Origin: an uncultured Bacteroidota bacterium
GTDB taxonomy: Bacteria; Bacteroidota; Bacteroidia; Chitinophagales; LD1
DNA: 46,472 bases
Direction: 5' to 3'
Assembly: GCA_903889265.1 (NCBI GenBank)
Contig: CAISWS010000403.1
Coordinates: 1 to 46,472, forward strand
Made by a program: the position numbers and the translations under genes. Below are positions 37,595 to 45,925 of the stretch, in pieces (the stretch's first letter is position 1; each line of letters begins with the position of its first letter). The notes beneath the pieces are model-generated. The model was not told the DNA's origin. It worked only from the letters and a program-made list of their open reading frames with translations, and did no database searches.

Positions 37595-37670
37595 TTTATG
37601 ATTAAATAGATAAAGAAATATATTCCGCTAATATACAAAATGCCATTTAGCGCATCTGTATATATCTGAT

Positions 37671-38984
37671 TCAACTGATAGTTTCCCTGGCCTGTTTAGG
37701 CAACCTGATATAAAAATTACACCCCTTTCCGGGTTCCGATATACACCCTACATCCGCCCCAAAGGCATCCGCTATTTTTTTTACAATGGCCAGCCCCAAG
37801 CCCATAGAATTCTCTCCCTCTCTTGGTACAGATGAGGTTACACCGTATTGTTTAAAGAGCTTTTCCATATCCGCCGCTGATATGCCCGGCCCCGCGTCTA
37901 TTACACAAATCTCAACATAAGCGGGGGCATCGCTCAACTGCACCTTTACGTTACTTCCTGCCGGGCTGTATTTCATGCCATTTGAAATAAAATTTTCAAG
38001 TATTTGCTCCAGCCGGGCTTTATCAGTTTGTAAATAAATACGGTTTTCAGGCAATTGAGCAACTAAATTGATTTGTTTGCTCAAAGCCACAACACTGGCC
38101 TGCTTTAAGTAATTAGTAATTAAGTCGTTCAAACATAACTCAACGGGCTTTAATCCCATTTTGCCCGATTCAATCATATTTACATCCAGCAGGTTTTTAA
38201 TCAGCTCAAACATCCGGTCAGCAGAGGTTGCAATATGTTGCAGATAAATAGTGCGCTTCTCCGGCGTAGTTTTTTCATAACCTGAAATTTCGGCAAAGGC
38301 CCTTACACTGGCCAGGGGGTTTTTAAGGTCGTGGGCCACAATATTCAAAAAATTGTTTTTTTCAATATTCAGGCGTTCAAGTGCTTTATTCTGCTCTTCC
38401 AGCATTTTCTGTGCTTTTCTTTTTCCGCTTTCTGAAATAAAAATGATAAGGGAAATAATAGCTACCAAACCGCTTAATGATAAAAGGTTGAACAGGGGGT
38501 CCTTGGAAGTATCAAACCTCACAGCAAACCTTACACCCCGAAAATTAAAATAGGCAAAGCCACCTACAATAATCAGCGATATAACCAGCCAGGCCATACT
38601 GGCCCGTATGCCCTGCATCATCATGGCCACAGCAGGCAACATAATTATCCACGGCGCTACATTGGCGTTTCTGATACCCCCATCCCAATAAACCAGGCAT
38701 ATATAAACCACAGCAATGAGGGCGGTATAAACATTTGCCAGCGTAACCAAACCTAATCCCCATTTCAAAAGAAGCGGAAGAATCAGAAAAACCACGATGG
38801 AAATAACCATGGCTACGGCAAAATAATAACCACTCATGTAAATACTCATCAGGCAATATCCTAACGCAAAAAATGCAGTAAGAAAACAGGAATTAACAAA
38901 AAGCCGGTGTAACCTTAATGTTTCCGGGCTGGCATAGGCTGAATCCGGAACAAACCACGAAATCCACTCATCAAATTTATTCAT
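37671..38984 (-). CDS. sensor histidine kinase with an all-membrane (about 6-TM) input domain
   Basis: ~190-aa N-terminal polytopic region with no sizeable periplasmic loop, then a coiled coil. H-box NIVAHDLKNPL. ATPase boxes FISNGMKYSP, DAGPGI, GLGLAIVKK. Its ATG overlaps the upstream stop (ATGA at 38981-38984). Confidence 0.85.
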   Translation of the reverse strand: MNKFDEWISWFVPDSAYASPETLRLHRLFVNSCFLTAFFALGYCLMSIYMSGYYFAVAMVISIVVFLILPLLLKWGLGLVTLANVYTALIAVVYICLVYWDGGIRNANVAPWIIMLPAVAMMMQGIRASMAWLVISLIIVGGFAYFNFRGVRFAVRFDTSKDPLFNLLSLSGLVAIISLIIFISESGKRKAQKMLEEQNKALERLNIEKNNFLNIVAHDLKNPLASVRAFAEISGYEKTTPEKRTIYLQHIATSADRMFELIKNLLDVNMIESGKMGLKPVELCLNDLITNYLKQASVVALSKQINLVAQLPENRIYLQTDKARLEQILENFISNGMKYSPAGSNVKVQLSDAPAYVEICVIDAGPGISAADMEKLFKQYGVTSSVPREGENSMGLGLAIVKKIADAFGADVGCISEPGKGCNFYIRLPKQARETIS

Positions 38985-39655
38985 ACCTGCGGCGGATTAA
39001 CCTTATACAAAAGATATAGGTAATAGATATCAAACAAAGCACAAAAAACATACAAAGAAGTAAGAAAATAATTATCCGGGTATTTCGATTGAAACATAAC
39101 ACTTATAATGCCGGTACCCAAAAACTTGGCCCACCCGGTAAGTTTGCGGTTGCCCTCGTAACCCGGTATAAAAAACATGTAAATAAAGCAGATACTCATC
39201 ACCAGGTTTATAACATACGAATCAAGGGGGGCCATCGGCAGGTCATACTTCAGAATAAAACTGCACTGAACAAAAAAGCTGACCACCAACCCCACAATCA
39301 GAAACTTATGAAAATTCTGTTTAAAAAAGTCTACCCGCATTTGCTTGTATCCATACCGGTAAAGCGAAAATATAATGTAAGCGTCTAACACCATCCAGGC
39401 CCAGTAAGCTAATACCAGCGCGTTGCCCATATTAGGCACAAAAAATATGGCCGTGGTTATTTCGCAGCCAAAATTAAGGGTAATGGCAATGGCCGGTATA
39501 TCAAGTGTTTGCTTTTTGCCTATCCAATAAATGGTATTAATGTAGGCGGCCACCCAAAGCACCGCGCCGGTAGTAAATAACACAATTTGCGTTACTGTAT
39601 AATCAACCGTATTAAACCAGGGATGCGGGGTTTGTAAATACTCAAATATGGTCAT
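38981..39655 (-). CDS. 7-TM integral membrane protein, putative Pyr4/PaxB-like transmembrane terpene cyclase (isoprenoid-modifying)
   Basis: 224 aa with seven hydrophobic helices. LWVAAYINTIYWIGKKQTLDIPAIAITLNFGCE parallels the remembered W.INY...Y...K..TYG....P...N[FI][AS]WE block holding the catalytic Glu of Pyr4/PaxB/AusL. The last helix, FCALFDIYYLY, parallels the block holding the catalytic Asp. Recall-based alignment, not verified. Confidence 0.4.
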   Translation of the reverse strand: MTIFEYLQTPHPWFNTVDYTVTQIVLFTTGAVLWVAAYINTIYWIGKKQTLDIPAIAITLNFGCEITTAIFFVPNMGNALVLAYWAWMVLDAYIIFSLYRYGYKQMRVDFFKQNFHKFLIVGLVVSFFVQCSFILKYDLPMAPLDSYVINLVMSICFIYMFFIPGYEGNRKLTGWAKFLGTGIISVMFQSKYPDNYFLTSLYVFCALFDIYYLYLLYKVNPPQV

Positions 39656-39673
39656 GCTTAACTTTTGGTTTAG

Positions 39674-41488
39674 TTATCCGAAAATAAGAGCAAACAAAGC
39701 CCTGAAAGCAAATTCAATTCCATAGGCCAGGCCCCAGAATATCATTAAAATTTTGAGCCACAATGGGGTTTTAGCTGCGTGTGTAAGGCCGCGGTTGTAT
39801 CGCCACAAATCGTACCATTTAAGCGGTAGCAACAGCCAGGGTTCAGTTAGCGGCCATATCTTACAATAAGGTTGGTTTTGCCCTGCCGCATCAATTATAC
39901 AATTAACGGCACGTCGCGCCGCTTCATTGGCCCCTTCCATGGTTGCCAGGTCAGTATTGGTGCGCACATAATCCGCCGCCAGAAAAAGGTTTTGAATATT
40001 GGAACTTGCGTTGGGCCGTAAGGTCCATGAATGCACAGTATTTACTAACAGCGGCTCCAGATTAAACAGCGCCTCATGGCTGCGGCTTTTGTCCTCCAAA
40101 GCCTTTTGGCCCGTTTCAGCATCATGGATATCGCTATCAATATAGTAATATTCAATCATGCTTTTATCCAGCACTTTTGCCCCGTTTATATTCAGGCTGC
40201 GCGATAGCTGTAGCCACACAAAATCAGCAATCTCCTGCCAGGTGCAATCCCTCGCCAGCTTCTCAGCACCGGTAACCGGGTCTTTAAAAGTAGTTTTCAA
40301 CCAGTCAGAGACATCAATAGAAATGATACTTTTCACCTTACCGTTGTAGCACTTACTCAAATCAAAATTTTTCCAGTATTGTGTTTGCGAAATAGAAGTA
40401 ACAGCCCACTCACTATCGCTGTAAATAACATGTCCGTCACTGATATTCACTTCCTGGTTCAGGTAAAACTGAATACCGTTCATCCAGCTTACACTTTTAG
40501 CCAGCGTGTGCAGGGAATCCAGCACATTGTCAGCGGCCACCATACCATGGCTCCTTCTCACCAGCGCAGCGGCTGCCTCAACCGGCACCGCCATAATGTA
40601 GTAATCAGCATTATCTTTTATTAACTGGCCGTTACCATCCTTTACGTGCACACCGCCAACAGCGGCACCGGTCATTTCAATCTTCTCTACCTCGTGGTTC
40701 AAATGATATTTAACCCCTTTTTGTTCCAGGTATTTGCTCCAGGGGTTCAGCCATTTATCATTGGTTGGGCCGTTTAAAACTCTGTCGGTGTTAACACCCG
40801 GTGTGGCCATGGTATACACCAGTTGCAAAAAGACATTGCCACCGGTTTTGGTACTTGCAAACTTAGCTTGCGCCGCAACCAGGGTACGCACCAGGCCCCC
40901 TGCCAGCAAATGCTGGTAGGTTTCGCTGTAATAATCAGCTTCCAGAAATTCCCACCAGCTTAACTTTTCGTACTCGTCCCTTCTCCGTTCTTTACAACTG
41001 GTGGCTAGTTCCAGCACCCGGTCTTCAAAAAACTTCCTTTCTTCGGCGGTTAAGCCGCTGTTTTTAAATTCGGTAATAAACTGAAAAAGCACTTTCCAAT
41101 CGGCAAAGCTGCGCGGAAAGTTGGCGATTGAAATAAGCGGTGGCTTATCATAGCGCGCCAGCATAATGCGGTGCGTGGGTGTAAGGTTGCCGTAACATCC
41201 GTTTTTCTGATACGGCTTACCAGGCCCTTCCTGGTAAGGTATGCGTTTCATGGTATCCGTAATGTGCTTGTAAAAGCCGGGGAAAAACCTGAACCCATGC
41301 TCACCCGGTAACGGGGTCCCTGTATCCTGTTGGCCACCGGGGTCCACATCTACCGACCGTGCTTTGCCGCCAACATAAGTGGGATTTTTATCGTATACAG
41401 TTACGTCAAATCCACGTTCAATTAATTCGTGTGCAGCGCTCATTCCTGCAACTCCTCCGCCTATAATTATTACTTTTCTCTGCTTCAT
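39674..41488 (-). CDS. FAD-dependent oxidoreductase of the amine-oxidase / phytoene-desaturase (CrtI/PDS-like) superfamily with C-terminal membrane helix
   Basis: Rossmann motif KVIIIGGGVAGMSAAHELIERGFDVTVYDK...YVGGKARS, then GEHGFRFFPGFY. C-terminal flavin-contact motif FLAADYVRTNTDLATMEGANEAARRAVN. Terminal hydrophobic segment LWLKILMIFWGLAYGIEFAFRALFALIF. 604 aa. Confidence 0.7.
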   Translation of the reverse strand: MKQRKVIIIGGGVAGMSAAHELIERGFDVTVYDKNPTYVGGKARSVDVDPGGQQDTGTPLPGEHGFRFFPGFYKHITDTMKRIPYQEGPGKPYQKNGCYGNLTPTHRIMLARYDKPPLISIANFPRSFADWKVLFQFITEFKNSGLTAEERKFFEDRVLELATSCKERRRDEYEKLSWWEFLEADYYSETYQHLLAGGLVRTLVAAQAKFASTKTGGNVFLQLVYTMATPGVNTDRVLNGPTNDKWLNPWSKYLEQKGVKYHLNHEVEKIEMTGAAVGGVHVKDGNGQLIKDNADYYIMAVPVEAAAALVRRSHGMVAADNVLDSLHTLAKSVSWMNGIQFYLNQEVNISDGHVIYSDSEWAVTSISQTQYWKNFDLSKCYNGKVKSIISIDVSDWLKTTFKDPVTGAEKLARDCTWQEIADFVWLQLSRSLNINGAKVLDKSMIEYYYIDSDIHDAETGQKALEDKSRSHEALFNLEPLLVNTVHSWTLRPNASSNIQNLFLAADYVRTNTDLATMEGANEAARRAVNCIIDAAGQNQPYCKIWPLTEPWLLLPLKWYDLWRYNRGLTHAAKTPLWLKILMIFWGLAYGIEFAFRALFALIFG

Positions 41489-41876
41489 GGAATAATTGTG
41501 AGGTAAGATAGAATTAGTTATTTATTCAGGCAAAACATTCTTTACAAACTAATTATATCCATGTATTATAACTACCGGAATTCCGTGGTCTAATTAAATG
41601 GACATTTAATTCAATCTCCCTCTGTAAACCAGATTTTGAAATCCCCTCTTTAAAGGAGTAACAAAATTGGCAGAAAAATATCAGGAGACACCATAAAACA
41701 GATGAAATGGTTGTAATAAATAACTATATACTTATCTGAACGATATACCTTTAGCCACATAATGGCTTGCAGTATAGCACAAAAGCGCATAATAATATTG
41801 CCTTATGCCGGCAGATCTTTTACATTTTTTGAAAAGAAGCCCCGCTTTTGCCACTATATTTACCTCTCAATTTGAA

Positions 41877-43478
41877 ATGAACAAGACTCTGGCTTTACTC
41901 TTTATTATTGCGTTTTCAAAAACCGGCAATGCACAGGCGCCGCTTAAAACGCACCCCTATTCCACGCAAAGCGAGGAGGGCTTTTCGCCCTGCCGAGATA
42001 CTTTTTCAATTCTTAAAAACCATTTGTCGTACGATATCGGTATCATACTCCCATCATGGCTACCGGTTGTAGACCGCAACTACGTGGGTATTATGGAGGG
42101 CAAAGTTATATGCAACCCCACCGATGGCAGCGATGGGCCGCATGTGTATGAGGAGGACCTGCCGTTCTATCACTATTCGCATGATGTTAATTTTGATATT
42201 ATACCTGATAGAACCGAGGATAACCGGTTTACCAATTTGTTACCCCTGCTGGTATACAAAAGGCAACCACAAAACGATACGGTAATGAATACCGTTATGC
42301 ATTGCGAATGGGAATGCGGCCTTGCCATGGCCAACCGGATTAACCCCATCAGGGCCGATAATGATGCCGGGCGAAGCGGAGGATTTTTCAGTGCAGGCCA
42401 CGAGATAGGGGATATCATCTGGAACTGGCCTGCACCGGGCGACTGGGCGCACGTTGAAGGTAACTATGTATGGGACCGCGGCCATCCACCGGCTAATGCC
42501 GAACTGCACCCCCTTAGGTTTGTTGCTTTTAAACGCGCATTGCCCGACAGAATAATTATTGGCGACAGCTCGATAAAGTTTGCCACCCGCATTGATATTT
42601 TTGCCAGTGGCGACGGCGGGGCTTTGCTGAACAACCGGTACAACGCACCCAAGTTTGTGCGCCGGGTAAATATGAGTTCGAAAGATTATGAGTTTACTGC
42701 CAAAATTGATCTGCCGCGCCCGTCGCCAAAAGCACATCTTAAATACGTTTTAACGACCCAGAAAGGGGATAACTTTACGGTTGGTGAAATGATTGAGTTG
42801 AACGATGACTCGGCTACGGCGCGTGTTATAATACCATGGAATTCGAAAAACGCAAACGACCTGGAAATTTACGCCCGTACCCTGGATGTTTACTGGGATG
42901 AGGGTAGCGGGGTTGCAGCAACACAGCCGGTTGATATTTATAAAGTAACGCTTACGAACATCCATTTCAGATACCTGGATGAGATACTTTCGAAAGCCGA
43001 AGTGCGTCTTTTTGCCAGCGTGGGCAACGACTGGATTTTTGTAAACGACTTTTTTCCGAAAAAGGGAAAAATACTGTCCAAGGGCCTGGGCAAAACATAC
43101 AAACACCACTGGACTTTGAATAACCAGTTTATTGTTTGTGTTCCGCGCGGTAAAAGCTTTAGGTTAAACATGAGCGGTTGGGAAGTAGATGGTGTAGATA
43201 TGCTTTTTGGTAAATTGCTCGACCCGGGTTCGCCGTGTAACCGCAAAACCAAACATACCTTCAAAGCCAGCTCTTTTACCTTTGCCATGTTTATGCGCGG
43301 ATGCCTTGACGATAATTACGGCGAGATAACCAAACTACACAATTACAATAACCTTGGTAAAACTGATCAGTTTAAAAACTCCCCCCAAAGTGGTGTCAAC
43401 GATGACCCCTGCCCGTTCAGCAAATACCCGCTAAAGGACAGGGTATTTCTGACTTACACCATCGAAAAAATAAATTAA
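41877..43478 (+). CDS. secreted hypothetical protein (533 aa, no recognisable family)
   Basis: ATG at 41877 gives the signal MNKTLALLFIIAFSKTGNAQA; the ORF track starts at 41805. The long ORF has no motif I can assign. A near-consensus -7 box, TATATTTA, lies at 41855-41862. Confidence 0.65.
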   Translation: MNKTLALLFIIAFSKTGNAQAPLKTHPYSTQSEEGFSPCRDTFSILKNHLSYDIGIILPSWLPVVDRNYVGIMEGKVICNPTDGSDGPHVYEEDLPFYHYSHDVNFDIIPDRTEDNRFTNLLPLLVYKRQPQNDTVMNTVMHCEWECGLAMANRINPIRADNDAGRSGGFFSAGHEIGDIIWNWPAPGDWAHVEGNYVWDRGHPPANAELHPLRFVAFKRALPDRIIIGDSSIKFATRIDIFASGDGGALLNNRYNAPKFVRRVNMSSKDYEFTAKIDLPRPSPKAHLKYVLTTQKGDNFTVGEMIELNDDSATARVIIPWNSKNANDLEIYARTLDVYWDEGSGVAATQPVDIYKVTLTNIHFRYLDEILSKAEVRLFASVGNDWIFVNDFFPKKGKILSKGLGKTYKHHWTLNNQFIVCVPRGKSFRLNMSGWEVDGVDMLFGKLLDPGSPCNRKTKHTFKASSFTFAMFMRGCLDDNYGEITKLHNYNNLGKTDQFKNSPQSGVNDDPCPFSKYPLKDRVFLTYTIEKIN

Positions 43479-43542
43479 GCCTGATTATTACTATAATCGC
43501 ACCCGGCGGCAAATAAACAAATAGCTGCAACAACCATCTGCC

Positions 43543-44319
43543 ATGGCTAACTTAAAATCATACAAAAACATTTATCTGGTCTTTATTCTTTTTTTACTAC
43601 AAATAAACTGCATGGCATGGGGGCCTGCCGGACATAAAATTGTAGCCAAAATTGCCTTTAGCCAGTTGAATGCGTCAGAGAAAGACTCGCTTACAAAATA
43701 TTTACAGGGAGCTACGATTGAGGAAGCCAGCGTATGGATGGACGAAATAAAGTCTGACAAATCATATGATTTTCAGAAACCCTACCACTATATAAACATA
43801 GATAAAGATGTTCCCTTCAATGCCGCAGATACCGGTAATATTGTTTGGGAATTAAAACGTGTTGTTGCTGAGTTAAAAGAGCGCCAGAAATATTCGAAAG
43901 AAAAAATTGAGATTGACTTTAAGATTCTGATGCACCTGATGGGCGATCTTCACCAACCCTTGCATGTTGGCTATGCCAAAGACCAGGGTGGCAATACTGT
44001 TCAGGTATTTTATAATCAAAGCCCAACCAACCTGCACCGCGTTTGGGATAGCGAAATAATACAGGATGCCGTATTAGGACAGCCTCTCGACTGGTCTAAA
44101 CTAAGCCAGTTTACAAAAGAAGACCTGGCACGAATAAGGCACGTCGATTTTGAAGCCTGGATGAATGAATCGCGCACCCTGCTGGATACTGTCTATGATT
44201 TTAAGGGAAACGACCTGAAACATAAATACATGGAGCAGAACGCACCCATTGTTGAAAGACAATTGCTTTTGGGTGGAATAAGGCTGGCGGCTGTTTTGAA
44301 ATACATTTTTCAAAACTAA
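43543..44319 (+). CDS. S1/P1-family zinc nuclease (secreted)
   Basis: The mature N-terminus begins WGPAGHKIV. HYINID, HLMGDLHQPLHV and NLHRVWDS match the S1/P1 metal-ligand motifs. Confidence 0.85.
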   Translation: MANLKSYKNIYLVFILFLLQINCMAWGPAGHKIVAKIAFSQLNASEKDSLTKYLQGATIEEASVWMDEIKSDKSYDFQKPYHYINIDKDVPFNAADTGNIVWELKRVVAELKERQKYSKEKIEIDFKILMHLMGDLHQPLHVGYAKDQGGNTVQVFYNQSPTNLHRVWDSEIIQDAVLGQPLDWSKLSQFTKEDLARIRHVDFEAWMNESRTLLDTVYDFKGNDLKHKYMEQNAPIVERQLLLGGIRLAAVLKYIFQN

Positions 44320-44373
44320 ACTCCGGTTACACTAAGCCTTCAGAGAATACTTCTGTAATCTTCCGCCAGGGTT

Positions 44374-45117
44374 TTAAAAAACAAAAGCTATTTCAACTTC
44401 CTTGCCGGTAAAATTCATGGTAAGTGCTTTGTTTCTGCGCCGGTAAATGGCCTTGTCTTTAAGGCCCAATGCCAAAAATACCGATCCGCCAATAGAGGCA
44501 ACTCCACCTAATACCCCAAGCGCGGCTTCTGAGCCATGGCGTGTTGTAACTTCATCGGAGTAAGCCGAGTCTTTAGGGTTAAGTTTTTTGGATACGGTGG
44601 CCAGCAAAATATCACCGATAATAAAGCCCCCCCCTACAGATAAAATAACCGAACCGGCAATTACTTTAGATTTTGCCCTTTCTCCCAACACCTTTAATGA
44701 CATGGTGTCGGCCTTGGTTAAAAACACCTCGGATTTAACTTCAGGTTTTGTTTCGGGTTGGGGCAGTCCAAGTATTTTGGCTTTTGCTTTGTTGTAATCA
44801 TCATCACTGATTGCACCCGTTTCGTAAAGTTTTTTAAGTTGATCTAGTTTTGCCTGAGTTGAGTCTGTTGTTCCCGCCTTTTGCGGGGTAGCCGTTGTGT
44901 TTTGCGGTTTTGCATTCTGCAATTCCGACTTCATTTTATTATACTCGTCTTCCCCAATAACACCCGAGTCAAGCAACTTTTTGAACTCATCCAGTTTTAT
45001 CTGGATTGAATCGGCGGTAGGATTCTTACCGGTTTCAGAAGGGGCCTGGCCCCGAACACAAATACCCGCAAAAACAAGAAACAAAATGATGCCTGGTTTT
45101 AATTTCACGTTTAACAT
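44374..45117 (-). CDS. membrane protein with two SHOCT-like helical repeats
   Basis: Signal/anchor at the N-terminus. KLDEFKKLLDSGVIGEDEYNKMKSEL and KLDQLKKLYETGAISDDDYNKAKAKILG resemble SHOCT motifs. Two Gly-rich hydrophobic segments lie near the C-terminus. Confidence 0.6.
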   Translation of the reverse strand: MLNVKLKPGIILFLVFAGICVRGQAPSETGKNPTADSIQIKLDEFKKLLDSGVIGEDEYNKMKSELQNAKPQNTTATPQKAGTTDSTQAKLDQLKKLYETGAISDDDYNKAKAKILGLPQPETKPEVKSEVFLTKADTMSLKVLGERAKSKVIAGSVILSVGGGFIIGDILLATVSKKLNPKDSAYSDEVTTRHGSEAALGVLGGVASIGGSVFLALGLKDKAIYRRRNKALTMNFTGKEVEIAFVF

Positions 45118-45551
45118 TTACTCAGTTATAAATTATATCCGCCTTTTCCGGCAAGCCTATATCCAGGCAATTAAACTCCCTACACCCATAAACTGATAAA
45201 AAACACACTTCAATCAGCCAGGGGTGTTTAAAACAAAAATAGAAATAAGATTGAAAGCGGGAATATGCCGGATTTTTGACTTCCCTAAATAACGAAAGAA
45301 ATCAGTGTTATCAGTTGCCTGAACATAAAGCAGGTTTTAGGTTAGTGCCTGCGTCTGTTGTCTTATTACCTCAAAATTACGGGAAGAAAAATGAAGCCCT
45401 GGTTCTTTTTTGCTACGAATTGCATCCAGTACTTTCGCTTGTCTTTTCACACTTATCTGCACAAGGTTGACTAAAAGATGGGTTCACCCAATTGAGCAAT
45501 TTTAAAATCAGCTTTGACCGGGGGGTAAAGATAAATGCGTAAAAGATAAAT

Positions 45552-45582
45552 GCGGTCCGTTAATAGCGGCCCGCTTTTTTTT
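45552..45582 (+). terminator. orphan intrinsic terminator (hairpin + T8) with no annotated upstream gene
   Basis: GCGGTCCG (45552-45559) pairs with CGGCCCGC (45567-45574) with one mismatch, loop TTAATAG, then TTTTTTTT at 45575-45582. It is preceded by the tandem 15-nt repeat TAAAGATAAATGCGT / AAAAGATAAATGCGG at 45526-45555. Confidence 0.5.
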
Positions 45583-45784
45583 GCAAACATCCCAGCCCTC
45601 TGCAAACGGGGGTTAAAGGAATTAACAAATGGCATCATGCTTTCAAACCCAATTTGCCTGATCGGTACATTAGCAGTAACTTACAGTAGCAAATAAATAA
45701 ACTCCACACTGCCTCTGTAAATGAATTATTTTTTTAAGGGGAAAAATCATCTCAAATATTTATTCACCTTTAAAATTAAGTGCT

Positions 45785-45925
45785 ATGCTAATCACATTGT
45801 TTGTTGCCATATTCCGTCATCCTATGTTTTGGTGGCTCATTCTCCCCCTTATCGGGGTTGCACTTTTAGTTGTGTTCATGTTATGGGAAAGCCGCCTTCC
45901 CAAAAACCTGACCAATAGAAAGTGA
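45785..45925 (+). CDS. possible small membrane protein (46 aa), below the ORF-track cutoff
   Basis: ATG..TGA frame read by eye: MLITLFVAIFRHPMFWWLILPLIGVALLVVFMLWESRLPKNLTNRK. Two hydrophobic stretches and a basic tail. No other support. Confidence 0.25.
   Translation: MLITLFVAIFRHPMFWWLILPLIGVALLVVFMLWESRLPKNLTNRK

Noticed and set aside
38981-39655. Alternative reading of the 7-TM protein as a heterodimer-type lycopene cyclase (CrtYc/CrtYd fusion), because it neighbours a PDS-like gene.
   Set aside because: I could not find the PxE(E/D) motifs characteristic of lycopene cyclase domains. The internal two-fold repeat expected of a Yc-Yd fusion is not evident. A CruF-like hydratase relationship cannot be excluded by eye.
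20678-41488. Treating the UbiA-like/methyltransferase pair and the flavoprotein/7-TM operon as a single biosynthetic gene cluster.
   Set aside because: They are separated by ~17 kb of unrelated genes on both strands (OmpA, purT, BNR protein and others). A functional link is possible but not supported by the arrangement.
45276-45918. ORF-track entries 45276..45470 (64 aa) and 45721..45918 (65 aa).
   Set aside because: The first uses a non-ATG start, and both give Cys/His/Tyr-rich or otherwise implausible sequences in an AT-rich region. The 46-aa ORF in another frame (45785..45925) looks more protein-like but is itself low confidence.
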